DNA of 63,648 bases, filler included, from Callorhinchus milii (taxonomy: Eukaryota): NCBI RefSeq assembly GCF_018977255.1. It is 2 parts of 2 records of this genome, joined end to end, with 100 filler letters (N's around TTAATTAATTAA, not from the genome) between each part and the next. Parts side by side here need not be neighbours in the genome. Positions count along the whole stretch, not along the records: positions 31,931 to 63,648 come from NW_024705610.1; 1 more part is not named here. The stretch is one strand, 5' to 3'. The translations under genes were made by a program, and so were the position numbers. Within the stretch, counting starts at the first letter, position 1. Each line of letters starts with the position of its first letter. Below the pieces are notes generated by a model that saw only the letters and a list, made by a program, of their open reading frames with translations, was not told the DNA's origin and made no database searches. Positions 35,008 through 47,000 of the stretch are shown here, in pieces.

Positions 35008-35590
35008 CAAGAGACGGTTATAATTTAACAAGAATATAGAGAGGAAATTGTACAACGAAACTAATCACTGGACACAAAATACAAAAGTGACTTTTGTAAA
35101 GGCTGTCTATTTCTCACTGCTTCTTCATTGTTTTGAAGGTGATCAACCTTATTAAACCAAATAGAGCAGGAAATTAGATTTTTTTAAACCAATACACGCA
35201 GATTTGCTAATGTTATGCATCGTGGTGTTGTGCAGATGATGATCGCCATAATGAAGGAAGGTGACGTTAGCAGGCACACAGTGTCAGCCCATCGTTCACG
35301 ATGCCATTGGAAACAGTAACACCAGCAAACAAACCCATGGTCTATAACACATCACAGCTGCCATCACTAATTACCAAGTATTTAATTTTATGTAACCATG
35401 TGGAATGGATCCTGCAATGTGTGGCATTATGGGCATTTCGTTAATCACTCTGCGTAGGGAAATAACACTTCATCCCAAGCATTGATTCCAAAGTGAGTCA
35501 AACACCAACCTTCGTGGTAGCCTCAGAAATGCAAGTCCTTTTCCGGATGTGACATTTCAGGTGCTTCCCTTTCATTGAAATCAATAATTA

Positions 35591-35895
35591 CACTATATAA
35601 CACAATTTTTGTTTCTGGGTACTAAGTGTTATTTCTTAATTGCTTATGCCTAAAAAGTATTGAAAATGGATATTGTTCCCCACAAGCTTTGCTTTTGTGA
35701 CCAGGACTGTATGTGAACGAAAAAACACAAATTCACCCATTTTTTAATTGAAAATAGGTAAATTTCTAAATATCACTGTCCTGGTCACAAAAGCAAAGTT
35801 TGTGGGGAATAAGCCATTTTCTGTACGTTTGAGGCATAAGCAATTAGGAAATAACACTTACTACCCAGGAACAAAAATGTTTTTGTTACACAGTG
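35591..35895. mobile_element. Non-autonomous Chapaev3 MITE
   Basis: Almost entirely the same TIRs as 36854-39658, with CAC...GTG termini and TTA on both sides. Confidence 0.88.
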
Positions 35896-36385
35896 TTATA
35901 ATTAAACATGCATCCCCAATCATGACCGTTCCATTTTGTTGTTGTTGCAATACACATTGTAGTTTTTGTTGTAGCGCACCACACACCGCTCTGTGCCATT
36001 GACCGAAAACCGAGCCAACATGAGCATCGCTTGGAGCAATGCTGCAGATCCACCTCGTGTCGTAGGGTTTCCTAATGCAGAATCATCTGTATATAAGTAC
36101 CTCTTAGAAGCCATACCATGTGTGGTTATGTTCGAAGTAGTGTGCTTGTATATCAGTAGTTGCCCTTTGCCTCCCCATCCCCACAAAGCAATACCTGTAT
36201 GTTTGTGAATGTGAGAACTTTCATTATATGAGTTCACAAAACAACTGATGCCACAAGATCTCACCAATGCGTTCTACCCACTGCAAGATTCTCGCAGCTA
36301 CTGCACTTTAGATACGTGACCTCCGAGATATGCCCTTATCAAGGTGTGCTTATATCCACCTACTACTGTTCCCACACCCGCGCAG

Positions 36386-36637
36386 CCTTCGACACCAGCA
36401 TGCTGCCCATCTGCCGGGACCACGTCGGGTGGATGTTCAACCGATTGGACTCCAACCACGACCTCTTCCTGGACCAGGGTGAGCTCAGCACCATGGGCCT
36501 TGGCCGCGGGGTGGCGGGTGGCCTGGAGTCGCCCGAGAGACACGAGCCCTGCCTCTCCACCTTCCTGGACAAGTGCGATACCTACAGCGACAGCCTGCTC
36601 TCCAACAACGAGTGGTGCTTCTGTTTCCAGCGTCAAA
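36386..36637 (+). CDS. SPOCK: Testican/SPOCK exon, EF-hand region of EC domain
   Basis: Acceptor cgcag|CC and donor A|gtaagt. Encodes FDTSMLPICRDHVGWMFNRLDSNHDLFLDQGEL...EPCLSTFLDKCDTYSDSLLSNNEWCFCFQRQ. Confidence 0.95.
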
Positions 36638-37004
36638 GTAAGTGTTGGTTGCTCATCGCCCTCTTGCCGCTGCCCAGTGTCAGTTCTTCAATCAGCCCGT
36701 GTCTAATCGCTACTGGACAAAGGCTTTTCCCTATCGTTTCCCACTTTCATCACTGCCATGCTGTTGCCTAAGTCAGTAGGTGTGCCAATGACTACAGTGG
36801 CTGCAGTGTGTTATGTCAGAACCTGGTGTGACTGTAATGAGTCTTGCCGATAACACTATGTAATACAATGTTTGTTCCTGGGTAGTAAGTGTTATTTCGT
36901 AATTGCTTATGCCTCAAAAGTATAGCAAATGGCTATTACTCTTTGTTTTTTTCGGTAAAGTCACGTAGGTAAAAAATAACATAAATCAAAATAACTAAAT
37001 TAAA

Positions 37005-37050
37005 TCACGACGTTTCAGGCGCAACACAAGCGTCTGTCATCAGGTGGGAA
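37005..37050 (-). ncRNA. Minimal hammerhead ribozyme motif (left arm of inverted insertion)
   Basis: Reverse complement reads cac CUGAUGA cagacgc-uuguguu-gcgccu GAAAC GUC gug. Confidence 0.72.
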
Positions 37051-37113
37051 AGCATGGTAGTAGGCCATGCATGGCCTACTGCCTACTGCCATGCATGGCA
37101 GCAGGCCATGCTT

Positions 37114-37160
37114 TCCCACCTGATGATGGACGCTTGTGTTGCGCCTGAAACGTCGTGATT
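37114..37160 (+). ncRNA. Minimal hammerhead ribozyme motif (right arm of inverted insertion)
   Basis: cac CUGAUGA uggacgc-uuguguu-gcgccu GAAAC GUC gug. Confidence 0.75.
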
Positions 37161-37448
37161 TAATTTAGTTGTTTTCATTTATTTTATTTTTTACCTACAT
37201 GACTTTACCGAAAAAACCAAAAAGTATGAATCCTTGCAGTCACAAAAGCTTCAAATAAAAAATGCCTATTGTTCCCCATAAACGTTGCTTTTTGTGACCA
37301 GGACAGTGATATTTTGAAATGTATCTATTTTCAATGAGAAAACAGGTGAATTTGTGTATTTTCGTTCACAAAGTCAGATAAAAACAACATATGAATAAAA
37401 TTTTACATGTATTTATACTAAAGTAATACAAAAATGACTACAAAGGAT

Positions 37449-39341
37449 TTAGAAGTGAGTAGTTTTTCGAGATTTACAATTATACTGTAAATCACTTTCA
37501 CGAATCAGCCCCCAAATGTAGTCTCCCATCATGTTCTCATCATACTGTCCTTGGTAGCGACGTTAAAAGTCCAGTATATAATGGTGGAAGCACTCGCCTT
37601 GCTCCTCCGAGTATTCTCCCATGTTCTCCTTGAATTTATCAAGATGAGCATCCAGGATATGGACTTTGAGGGACATCCTACAGCCCATTGTGCCGTAGTT
37701 CTTCACCAGAGTCTCAACCAGCTCCACATAGTGTTCGACTTTGTGATTGCCCAGGAAACCACTGCGACAAAGCTGTCCCAAGCCGCTTTCTCCTTACTAG
37801 AGAGCTTCTTGGGGAATTCATTGCACTCCAGGATCTTCTTTATCTGTGGTACGATGAAGAAACCGGCTTTGACCTTTGCCTCAGACAGCTTAGGGAAGAA
37901 GTCTTGAAGGTACTTGAAGGCTGCCGACTCCTTATCTACAGCTCTGACAAATTGTTTCATAAGGCCCAATTTGATGTGCAGTGGTGGCATCAGCACCTTC
38001 CGGGGGTCCACCAGTGGCTCCCACTTGACGTTGTTCCTCTCCACAGAGAACTCGGTCCGCTGTGGCCAGTCCTGCCTGTGGTAGTGCGCCTTGGTGTCCC
38101 TGCTGTCCCAAAGGCAAAGATAGCAGCAAAACTTGGTAAAACCGATTTTAAGCTTTCGTGACTGCAGGGATTCATCTTGGTTCTTTCGGTAAAGTCACGT
38201 AGAATGGAAATAATAAAATAATAAAAATAAAACATAATAAAATAATTCTCACGACGTTTCGGCCACTGCCTTGGAGACCCATCAGGAATGCCACCATTTT
38301 TAAGTTTCCGATGACCTCCCAGCCATACTCATCATACTTCAAGGCATCCAGCAAGGTCTTGATGCTGTTGTAATCCTCTTTGAGGTGCACCGAGTGAGCC
38401 AGGGGAAGAGACGGGTACTTGTTACCATTATGGAGCAGCACGGCTTTGAGGCTCCTGGATGAGCTGTCAATGAAGAGGCGCCACTCATTCTGGTTACAGG
38501 CGATTCCGATTGCCTCGAACAGACTGGTCACATTGTGGCAGAAGCAGAGCCCATCTTGATGGGTGAAGAAGCTGCAAAAAGGTTGGTGACGCTTCCTCTG
38601 ATCTGCGACTTGCACACTTTCATCCAACAAGTTCCACTGCTTGAGCCTAGACGTCAAAAGCTCGGCATTGGACTTGGTGAGACCAAGATCTCTGATCAAG
38701 TCGTTGAGGTCTTTTTGGTTGGGGTAGTATGGGTTTCTCTCCTCAGCTCCACCTCTGAAATTGTCATCTGGATCTACAACGTCTTCCTCGCTCTCTGACT
38801 TGCTGCTCTCTTCTAAAGACGGCTGCTCTCACTCCAGAGGAGTGGGTACGGGGAGCTCATGGCAGTGTGGCACCAGGGCGATGGATGAAGGAAGGTCCGG
38901 ATACGTGATAGCAGGTGCATTCTTGCCAGTCCGACGTTTGGAAGGGTCCCCCATGCAGAAGTAGCAGTTGCTTGAGTGGTCAGTGGGTTCCTGCCAAATT
39001 CTTGGGATAGCGAACTTCATGGCTCTCTTTTCCCCTCAGTTCCATCCTACATTTTCATATATGATATGTTTCAATAACATTGAAAATTGTAAAAAAAAAA
39101 AAACTTTTACAATTAAAAATTGCAACAAATTTTATAACGTAAAATTCCGAGCAATGATTGTCCATCTTACCTTCCAGAGTATTTTTGCAGTGCTCGCAGG
39201 TGAAATGAGGTGCCCAGGGTTTGTCTTGATCCCCGTCAGGCATGCCGAAATATGCCTTGTAGGCCTCACACATCTTAGCAGAAATTGGCCGCAGACATAG
39301 CAAAATGCGTCTGCCGGATGCTTGCAGCCTCTTGATGCCAT
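37449..39341 (-). pseudogene. Chapaev3 transposase pseudogene with one intron (39047-39170)
   Basis: MASRGCKHPADAFCYVCG, WAPHFTCEHC, PRIWQEPTDHSSNCYFC, LIRDLGLTKSNAELL, WRLFIDSS..SLKAVLLHNGN, PPLHIKLGLMKQFV, MSLKVHILDAHLD..SEEQGE.FH. GT-AG intron, stops, frameshifts and a Penelope insertion. Confidence 0.88.
38144..38267 (-). mobile_element. Short Penelope 3'-end fragment inserted in the Chapaev3 transposase ORF
   Basis: Nearly identical to 54446-54576. Splits the transposase codons GLQG|GFTKF. 5'-truncated inside hammerhead stem II, with no clear TSD. Confidence 0.88.
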
Positions 39342-40141
39342 CTCAGAAAAATGCAGATATGTATCCACTTAAGTCAGCTGGAACTGAACTGAACTGGTGG
39401 TCTTAAGGCCCCTATATTTATACTACTATTTATATTACTGGAAAGTTCTAGAATGTTCTAGGAGTTACTCCAAGTTTACTCAGTACTGAATCTCTCTGGA
39501 ATGTTCTGGAAAATAGGTACATTAAAAATATCACTGTCCTGGTCACAAAAGCAAAGTTTGTGGGGAATAATAGCCATTTTCTGTACTTTTGAGGCATAAG
39601 CAATTAGGAAATAACACTTACTATCCAGGAACAAAAAAAATGTTGCTGTAACACAGTGTTATCTTTGTGGCTGTGGCGCGTTGCTCCACGAGTTGTTGTG
39701 ACTGTTATGTGGTGTGCCAGTGCCTGGCGTGGGTATCGCGTTTCATGCCAATGATCGATGTGGTTGTGGTGAATGTTGCCAATACCTGCTATGGCAGTAT
39801 TGTGGTGTGCCAGCAGCTACTGTAAATGTGTGGTCTGTTGTACCAACATCTGTTGTGGCTGCAGTATGTATCACTATGATCTGGCATGGCTCTAGTTTCT
39901 TTTGGCAACAATTTCTGTGTCCGTGTCTGTGAGGGTTCCTCCAGTGTGCCATGCCACTCTCAGGTGTAGCTGTGGCAACTTGTGCCAAAGCCCGGTGGGG
40001 CTCTCTCTTGCCAGTATACAGAGGCGTGTTGTGCCAATGCTTTGTGTTCAGTGAGTGTGGACGGACACATGGCAATGCAGGTAAATAAGTGGACCCAACT
40101 TAGTGAGCGGTCGTGTTTAAATGTCCTCTCTTGCTTTCCAG

Positions 40142-40195
40142 AGCCCCCATGCCATGCGGAGAAAGAAAAACTTCAACATAGCAAGAAGCTCGTGG
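40142..40195 (+). CDS. SPOCK: Testican/SPOCK short exon, start of thyroglobulin type-1 domain
   Basis: Acceptor ctttccag| and donor G|gtagg. 54 bp, phase 1/1, encodes KPPCHAEKEKLQHSKKLV, in frame with both neighbouring exons. Confidence 0.88.
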
Positions 40196-41258
40196 GTAGG
40201 ACAATGCATTCACATTACAATTGCGATGATCATTGGTTGCCTGCTGTGGCATGCAATGAAGATGAAATGCTTAAATGAAGCATCTCTAGTGTTGTTTTTT
40301 TTAATTTGAGGCCTATATTACATTCATCAAATGTAATTTGTCTTCAATTGAGTCATATTAATATTAATTCCAATGAATACTTTATTATCAGCCGCACTTG
40401 TCAAAAATGGATACGTAATGTAATTGTTCTAATGTTAATTAAAAGTTTTAAATGGATCATTCTAAAGCACATGCTGAACAGTGAAATTGTGGAGATTTAT
40501 GTATAATGGTCGTATTGGCAACTTAATTGAATGCGCGAATGTTTCATTTTACGTTAAGTACACGTATGGGTTTGCACATGCCCACAACGCATTCACTGCT
40601 GGGTGACAACCGCCACCCGTGCCCCCCTCTCATGTATTCTTAGTTGCTCTCAACGTCACTTCTCAGCATTTGTTCCTACTCATTTGTCACTTGTTCCCCT
40701 TTGCTTGCCTCATCATCCTCCCGATACACTCATGTATATTCATGTAACTATTCTCATCCCTGTGTCATAATGCAAAACTCATGCATAGACAACCTGCAAG
40801 AAGAAAGGCACGGCACTGCCACGCGCTGCAGAGTGGCAGTGCGAATTGTTTACTGTCCGCAACCTCATAAATGTCGTGCCTCTCAATGACGGCATGTTGC
40901 TCGGCATGTGGAGCGCGTGCCCATCTGTAACGCAGGCGGATTTCTGTATGCGGAAGGGGCAATGGCCCCATTGTACTTCCAGCTTCCAAAGTATTCTAAT
41001 TTTAATCTGATGGTCAGCATTGTTTAATACTCGTGAATGTTTCCATCTTTGAGCAACCACAGCGCGATGGTCTCATCACACCTTACTTGGGTCGAGTCTT
41101 TCTCTTCGCAGCAATCTCACTGTATCGCACAACGGTGTCCAATTTGGTCTCCAGAGTCTCTCGTCTCGTCCCTCCTCACGACGGTTTTTTCGGACCTCGT
41201 CTGTTGCCTGGGTCTGCACGTCCCCGTGTGTGACAGCCCGGTGTGACTTGTGCCACAG

Positions 41259-41396
41259 GCGGGTTCATACCCACGTGCGACGAGCAGGGCTACTACGGAC
41301 CCAAGCAGTGCCATGGCAGCACAGGCCAATGCTGGTGCGTGGACCAGTATGGCAAGGAGACCCCGGGCACTCGCTTGCATGGGGAGCCCAGCTGTG
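41259..41396 (+). CDS. SPOCK: Testican/SPOCK exon, thyroglobulin type-1 domain
   Basis: Acceptor ccacag| and donor G|gtacg. Encodes [46 protein letters not shown] with the QC and CWCV motifs. Confidence 0.95.
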
Positions 41397-42071
41397 GTAC
41401 GTTTGATAAGGCTGTCTCTTTTTTTCCCAACAATAACAGGCGACTAATGTGCCCTGCCAAAGCGGTGGAGGTGGGTTTTACAATCGGGTAACAGTCAGTG
41501 AGAGTATTTGTACCAGTGGCTTGTTGACTAATGCTTTAACTTTCTCCCCAGTGTAATGGACAGCCTTTTCAGTTTGTTCCCACTTTTCAATCCTGATATT
41601 TAAAGCACCTCACAGATCGACTCTTGCACCACAACATGCACAGGTGTTCACCTTGGTCTGTCTGACTTTTCTATCTGGAGAACTGGAGCAATATCATTCC
41701 AGACCTTGTGACTTTAAAAAAAAACTAAGATGTCCTTGTAATTTTCACCGTTTCTAGACCCTAAGATGTCAGGTATAAATCATAGTCTCTCTGTTCCCCT
41801 CTTCTAATGTCCCCTATATCATACAGCATCTTTAGATGCGATTACATTTAGATGTTCTCTAAACAAAAAAAATATCCTGTACTGAGCTTTCACATCTTAG
41901 CCCATTCCATTTACCACAGTTTGATATTCGTTTACACCTTGAGGCTTTCAAAAAATGTTTCCAGAAGCATGTAATCAAGGAATTCCTCGTATTGTGAGCA
42001 TTGCAGAGCAATTTTCATCATCGCGTCAGAATTGTACGTTATCATATTCTCACTCGGTGCAATATTGTCAG

Positions 42072-42388
42072 GTGAAAGAAAGACAGAGGAGATCACGGCG
42101 AGTGAGGAAGAGGAAGAGGTGGAAGGCTCTGGCGACCTGGGCAGCGGGGATGTGGCGGAATGGACGGATGATGACGATGAAGATGACGACGATGATGATG
42201 ATGTCGACGGCAACGAAGATGATAGAAATGAGAAAGAAAATGAAGGAGTGGGTGGAAAACCAGAGGCCGAGGATCTGACCAAGATGAAAGTGGCTGGGCG
42301 GGAGAGAGAGCAAGAAAAGGAGGTGGAAGTGGAACCAGAGGAAGACCCAGATGATGAGGATGAGAGTGATGATGGCTACGTGTGGTAG
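42072..42388 (+). CDS. SPOCK: Testican/SPOCK terminal coding exon: acidic tail with glycosaminoglycan-attachment Ser-Gly sites
   Basis: Acceptor tgtcag|GT. Encodes EGSGDLGSGD, poly-D/E tracts and C-terminal DDGYVW followed by TAG, similar to the testican GYIW ending. Confidence 0.93.
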
Positions 42389-42667
42389 ATGCGCTGGGTC
42401 TAGATGTGGCGGGCGGGGGGAAGCAGCGGAGGGATGGGGTTCAGGCGGGCAGGGCTACGTACAGTGATAGGGGCAACATGGAAACCTTGAACACGGGCTT
42501 TGGTTGGGAAGGGGCACAGATGAAACCCCTGCTGTTCGATGATTAATCCTGAAACACGAGCTGTCCTGGAGGCTCACCAGAGAAAGAGTCCCACACCAAT
42601 CTCTAAACTCGTAGTTTGGTCGAATATTGAATACAAATTATAACACTCACATTTGATCTCCTGACAC

Positions 42668-42673
42668 AATAAA
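42668..42673 (+). promoter_or_regulatory. Candidate polyadenylation signal for SPOCK
   Basis: First AATAAA noticed downstream of the stop codon (about 280 nt). Another lies near 43007. Confidence 0.35.
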
Positions 42674-42684
42674 CTAAACTAACC

Positions 42685-42980
42685 TTTTTATTTTACCAGA
42701 TTAGGTCCACTGAGCTATATAGCTCTTTTTCAGAAGCGACCTGGCCACAAATTATAGCTCAACTAAGTGGCTTATCGTGTGGAAATTTATAGCAGCCAAA
42801 TACTCTAAACGCATGTTTTTGAATGTGGAGGGGAAAACAGGAGGACACGGATAAAAATCCACGCGGCCACGGGAGAACATGCAAACTCGAAATGTCAAAG
42901 CGTCAGGGTTGGGATCGCTCCCACGACCTTTCTGTATACCAGGCGTGGTAGTTAACATCTCACCACTACGGTGCCCCACT
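42685..42980 (-). mobile_element. V-SINE-like SINE downstream of the SPOCK stop codon
   Basis: Reverse-complement homolog of 14447-14736 (ccacgggagaacatgcaaactc). A partial third copy lies at ~61410-61545. Confidence 0.72.
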
Positions 42981-44059
42981 TACAATGGGACAGGGTTTTG
43001 ATCAAAAATAAATCCACCTCAGACATACCATGACTTATTTACCAATTGTTTGCCATTATAATAATGGAAAAAAGTTTGGCCCAATACATTTTTATTTGAA
43101 TTAAGGGTAAACATGATGTGAACCAATTTCTACGTGACATTAATTCGATAATGTATCATTCATGCGACTTGGTTTTACCTGTGTTGTGTGCAGTACCACA
43201 AGACAACACGGATGATAATATATTTTCATCTCTCTTCCATGATTTAGGAAAAAAAATCTCCCATGATGTCTAATGGAAATTATTGACAATTGAACTAAAG
43301 AAATTACACACAGTGGGTTTGTTGTTCTATCAGGGTAATGTACGTTCATCACGAAGCAATCAGGGTAATGTACATTCATTCGCACCTTTGATTTGCACGG
43401 TTGGCTGTGTACGGTGCGAAAGAAGTTCAACATACATGAAGCAACCAACTTTGATAGTTTCAGTTGGTAGCACCATGGTCTCTGCTGTGATGTAAATCCA
43501 GGTCATATGCGCAGAGTAGGTGAAAGTTCAATCATCGTGTGGTTAATTATGACTTTAAAATATTGAGTGTTTTCACTCAGAGGAAGAGAAAACCCAACAT
43601 TCATCATTTGTCAGTGGGGTAAAATTAAAAGTGACCCGAGGTCCTTGTGTTTTGTCGGAGAGATGTTTCTAGCTGCCTGTGAAATGAGAGTTTGTAATGG
43701 AATTTTTGAGATGGGCAATTCCCCCATCACACGGTTTGTGATGCATCAAGAATAGCCCTCAGTGGCCACTGGTTACTCAGCTGCGTTTTGAGATTCACAT
43801 ATAGGGCAACACTTCGCACACAATTACACTGCCCTCTGCGGGAAGGTGTGGAGAAAGCAGACACAAATATCCCACCAATCCTCATTTGATACCCAAACAT
43901 CGCACCTGCTGTCTTTGACATTCTCCGAAGACACTGGTGTAACCATCAACCACATCATAACATCAAGAGGGTAATGTGCACATCTCCTTAATATATTGAA
44001 ATAAAAAAACAGCCACATTTCGATTGTGGCCATGCAACCAAATTATGGAGCATATAGCA

Positions 44060-44089
44060 NNNNNNNNNNNNNNNNNNNNNNNNNNNNNN
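44060..44089. other. Assembly gap (30 N)
   Basis: Run of N. Confidence 0.99.
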
Positions 44090-47000
44090 CTACGATTGCT
44101 CCTTTGGGTTATGCACTTGGAAGGAACTGAACACATTAAGTGAAGTAGTGGTGGTTTTGATTGTCGAACCCACCGGCATTTGTTGAAGTTGAGTATTTCA
44201 TAGAACAGCTCATTAAGATCTACCATATGCCAGGCGCTGTCTTTTAGAGGTGTCCAAGAGCCTAATCAAACCTCTTTAAAATTCCTCTAGGGGCGTGGGC
44301 ACTTCCACGTGCAGCCCACTCTTAGAGGGTCTAACAGCCTAGGCGCGGCTTTTCGGAAGATGCTATTGTACATTGCCGGTTTAATGCTTCCAGACCTCTC
44401 AATCGGACCGTACCTGTGGAGAAGAGCCCCCGCTGCTCAATATAGGTGCGTGCCACCACGGGTCGTCCGGCTGAAACAAGAGAAGAGACCCAAACAACCC
44501 TCCTTACCCTGCACAGGTTGAGACAGGAAAATTTTTTTGTAACCGTAGTGAAGAAGTCCTACGGCATAGGCGCCACAAGTGCCATATCCGAACAGGAGAT
44601 GACTGGCAGTAATTGGATACACTTGCTATCGGCATGCAAATGAGCGCGGGAGATTGCAGAAGCCCCGGCCGTTATGGCCCAGCTTGGGGGTAGGGCCTGT
44701 CCATCTCCTCCGCCTGGCTTGCATGATGTAAGTGCGATCTTCCTATCGTGTCGTACCGAAAACTGGTACAGTAGTGAGCCAATAGGCTTACGCATGATGT
44801 AACGCAGACGCCTGTAGCAGCTCATCCAAACCTTGCTGTGGAATCTAATGTGATATGCCACCAGACGGTAATACCCGTACGCCGGCAGTCCTACGTGTGA
44901 GTCGAACAGACTCCAATGCCTAAAATGGGCGAACAATCGCTTCCCGGGGCAACGTCATGCTGGGATGGAAGCTCCTGGTGCCGATTGGGTTTAGGAGTTA
45001 CTAGTAAGCTCCCCCCCCATAACTTTTTCAATAGAACTACAGCAGTACAATATGTATTACAGGCGAGGTTGTAAATTCGACTTATTTCGCCCTCTTCATT
45101 GCGCAACTAATCCGCGCGCTAGTAGGCTAGTAGGTATTGTACCACGGGTCCAATATTGTAGCCCTCGCTACAAACGGACTGCAGACTGGATCAAGATTCG
45201 CGTGAGCTCGGATTCGCAACGTGGGTGTCTTGTGAACATCACCATGTCTTCACCAGCATACGAGCATTGCTTACGAATCTGTTAATTGAGGTTGTTCATA
45301 GGCCTATACGTCCATCGAAGGGTTTGGGCGCGTGCTTTGAACACCTGAGCGTCCGGCGCACCTGTTAATCATAACGCTACCAAGTCGCTTCGTTACCGTC
45401 TATGAATGAGAACCAATCGAGGAGTAATTCGTGAACACAAGGGATTTAAACACGATGAACTTGTTGTAGTAGCTCAGATGATTTCAGTCCGGTGCCGATG
45501 AACCGGGTCAAAGCCGTCTCACGTACGGACCTAAAAGATAAAAGTTGGATCAATACCGTGACGGCTATGATGACGCCGCCAGTGCTTTGCGGTAGAAATA
45601 GTTTGCTGCGAGACTCCAAATTCGGCTCTTTTGCCCGGGCTTCGCTACTTCAGCCCGCCTCCCAGCACTGATGTCACCATGGCCGACGTAATTAGCTTTA
45701 TATTAAAGAGGGAAGTAAAATAATCGACTGTTTCTTCACCACTTAAACCATTAAGAGCCTTGACGTTTATCAACCACCAGGTGGAGCCCCCGTGTTCCGT
45801 TCTTTATAATTCCTCCGAAGCCACGAGGCTAGCATGGCCATTCTGAAGCGAACACGACTGACACCCGTTGAGTCAGCTTCGCTCAGTGATCCTGAAGCCC
45901 AAGAACAATTCATTAAGTCTACCACATCGTTTGAAATCATGTGATACAGGTATGTGCTGTCCCGCATTGATAAGCCTGAATTATCGGTGCACATAGGTAG
46001 GGTAATAGCCTGTGTGCACGGTTTATATCAGCGATGGGAGGCAACCTTGCCATAACGCGCTGGCTAAGCTATCCCAACTTTGACCAGTCTTAGTTCATAC
46101 GAGGTAACGCCCTCGCACTCGGCCTTATTTGTCAGTGCATCCCAGGATCAATCTTAATGCATGCTCTGATCGCTCTCTGCCTCTAGGTACGGGAGGACTG
46201 CGATAGGCCGGGAGGGCCAATATTCATAAGCTCGCGAGACATGTCTGCCCGCTGATTAATACTATATGGCGGTATATGCTTCAAGATATAGCATCAAACC
46301 GATAGTACTGCACAGCCAAGGTACTCTCAAGTTTCTTTAGGGATCAGTCACTATTCCAGGCAAACGCTGCCGAGCATTAAAGCGCCACTACGACCTAGGG
46401 AAGTAGGTAGCAGCCTAGAAATTTCAACTGTATACGGACCAGACCTAGAGCCCCTCAAGGGCTGCGTGTACGAAAAATATCTAGGAGCAGTACCTGGAGA
46501 GACGCTGTCAGACGATTCAGGGCGTTTACCAAAGATAGATCACTGTCCGTGGTCCACGAGCCTAGCGATTTTAAGGCAGCGAAATATTTACCTTGCAATT
46601 GACACTTGAGTCATGAATTGGCCCAGTCACATCTTTAAGACCTAGCTACATCCTCTGTGGAAATCGCAAACAACACCAAACATTGCGTGTTCCCCACCTC
46701 GTACCGGTAGACCCGCTTTAATCAGCTCCAGGGAGATTAGTTCTATCATTTCTGACATGCAATCTTTCTAACTATCCGAGCGGACTAAAAAGGCTGGAGA
46801 GCGGTGGCTCCCTTAAGTATCACATTAGCGCGCAGGAACTTCTTCACTTAGGTCCTATCCATCACCTGATGCACCTCCCCCCGCCCGAGTAGTATTACAG
46901 ACTCATGATGATGCTCCTTAGCTCCGCCGTCAAGACCCCTGTGATATTAGACTATACAATCAACACCAGATTACTAATAAGTAGAGTTCGTTTGAGTACA

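Larger units (their letters stand above)
36938..37259. mobile_element. Self-inverted Penelope pLTR insertion with two opposed hammerheads, inside the Chapaev3 left TIR
   Basis: Arms ~36940-37055 and ~37107-37225 are inverted copies. Flanks are aaatggctatt (36927-36937) and aaatgcctatt (37260-37270). Confidence 0.85.
36854..39658 (-). mobile_element. Chapaev3-type (CMC superfamily) DNA transposon, full-length but degenerate
   Basis: Long TIRs starting CAC and ending GTG (gttcctgggtagtaagtgttattt...gcctcaaaagta), flanked by taa/tta. Contains transposase remnants. Confidence 0.88.

Noticed and set aside
44716..44802. Repeated 11-mer gcatgatgtaa, 71 bp apart
   Set aside because: Only two copies and no third at the same spacing, so consistent with chance.
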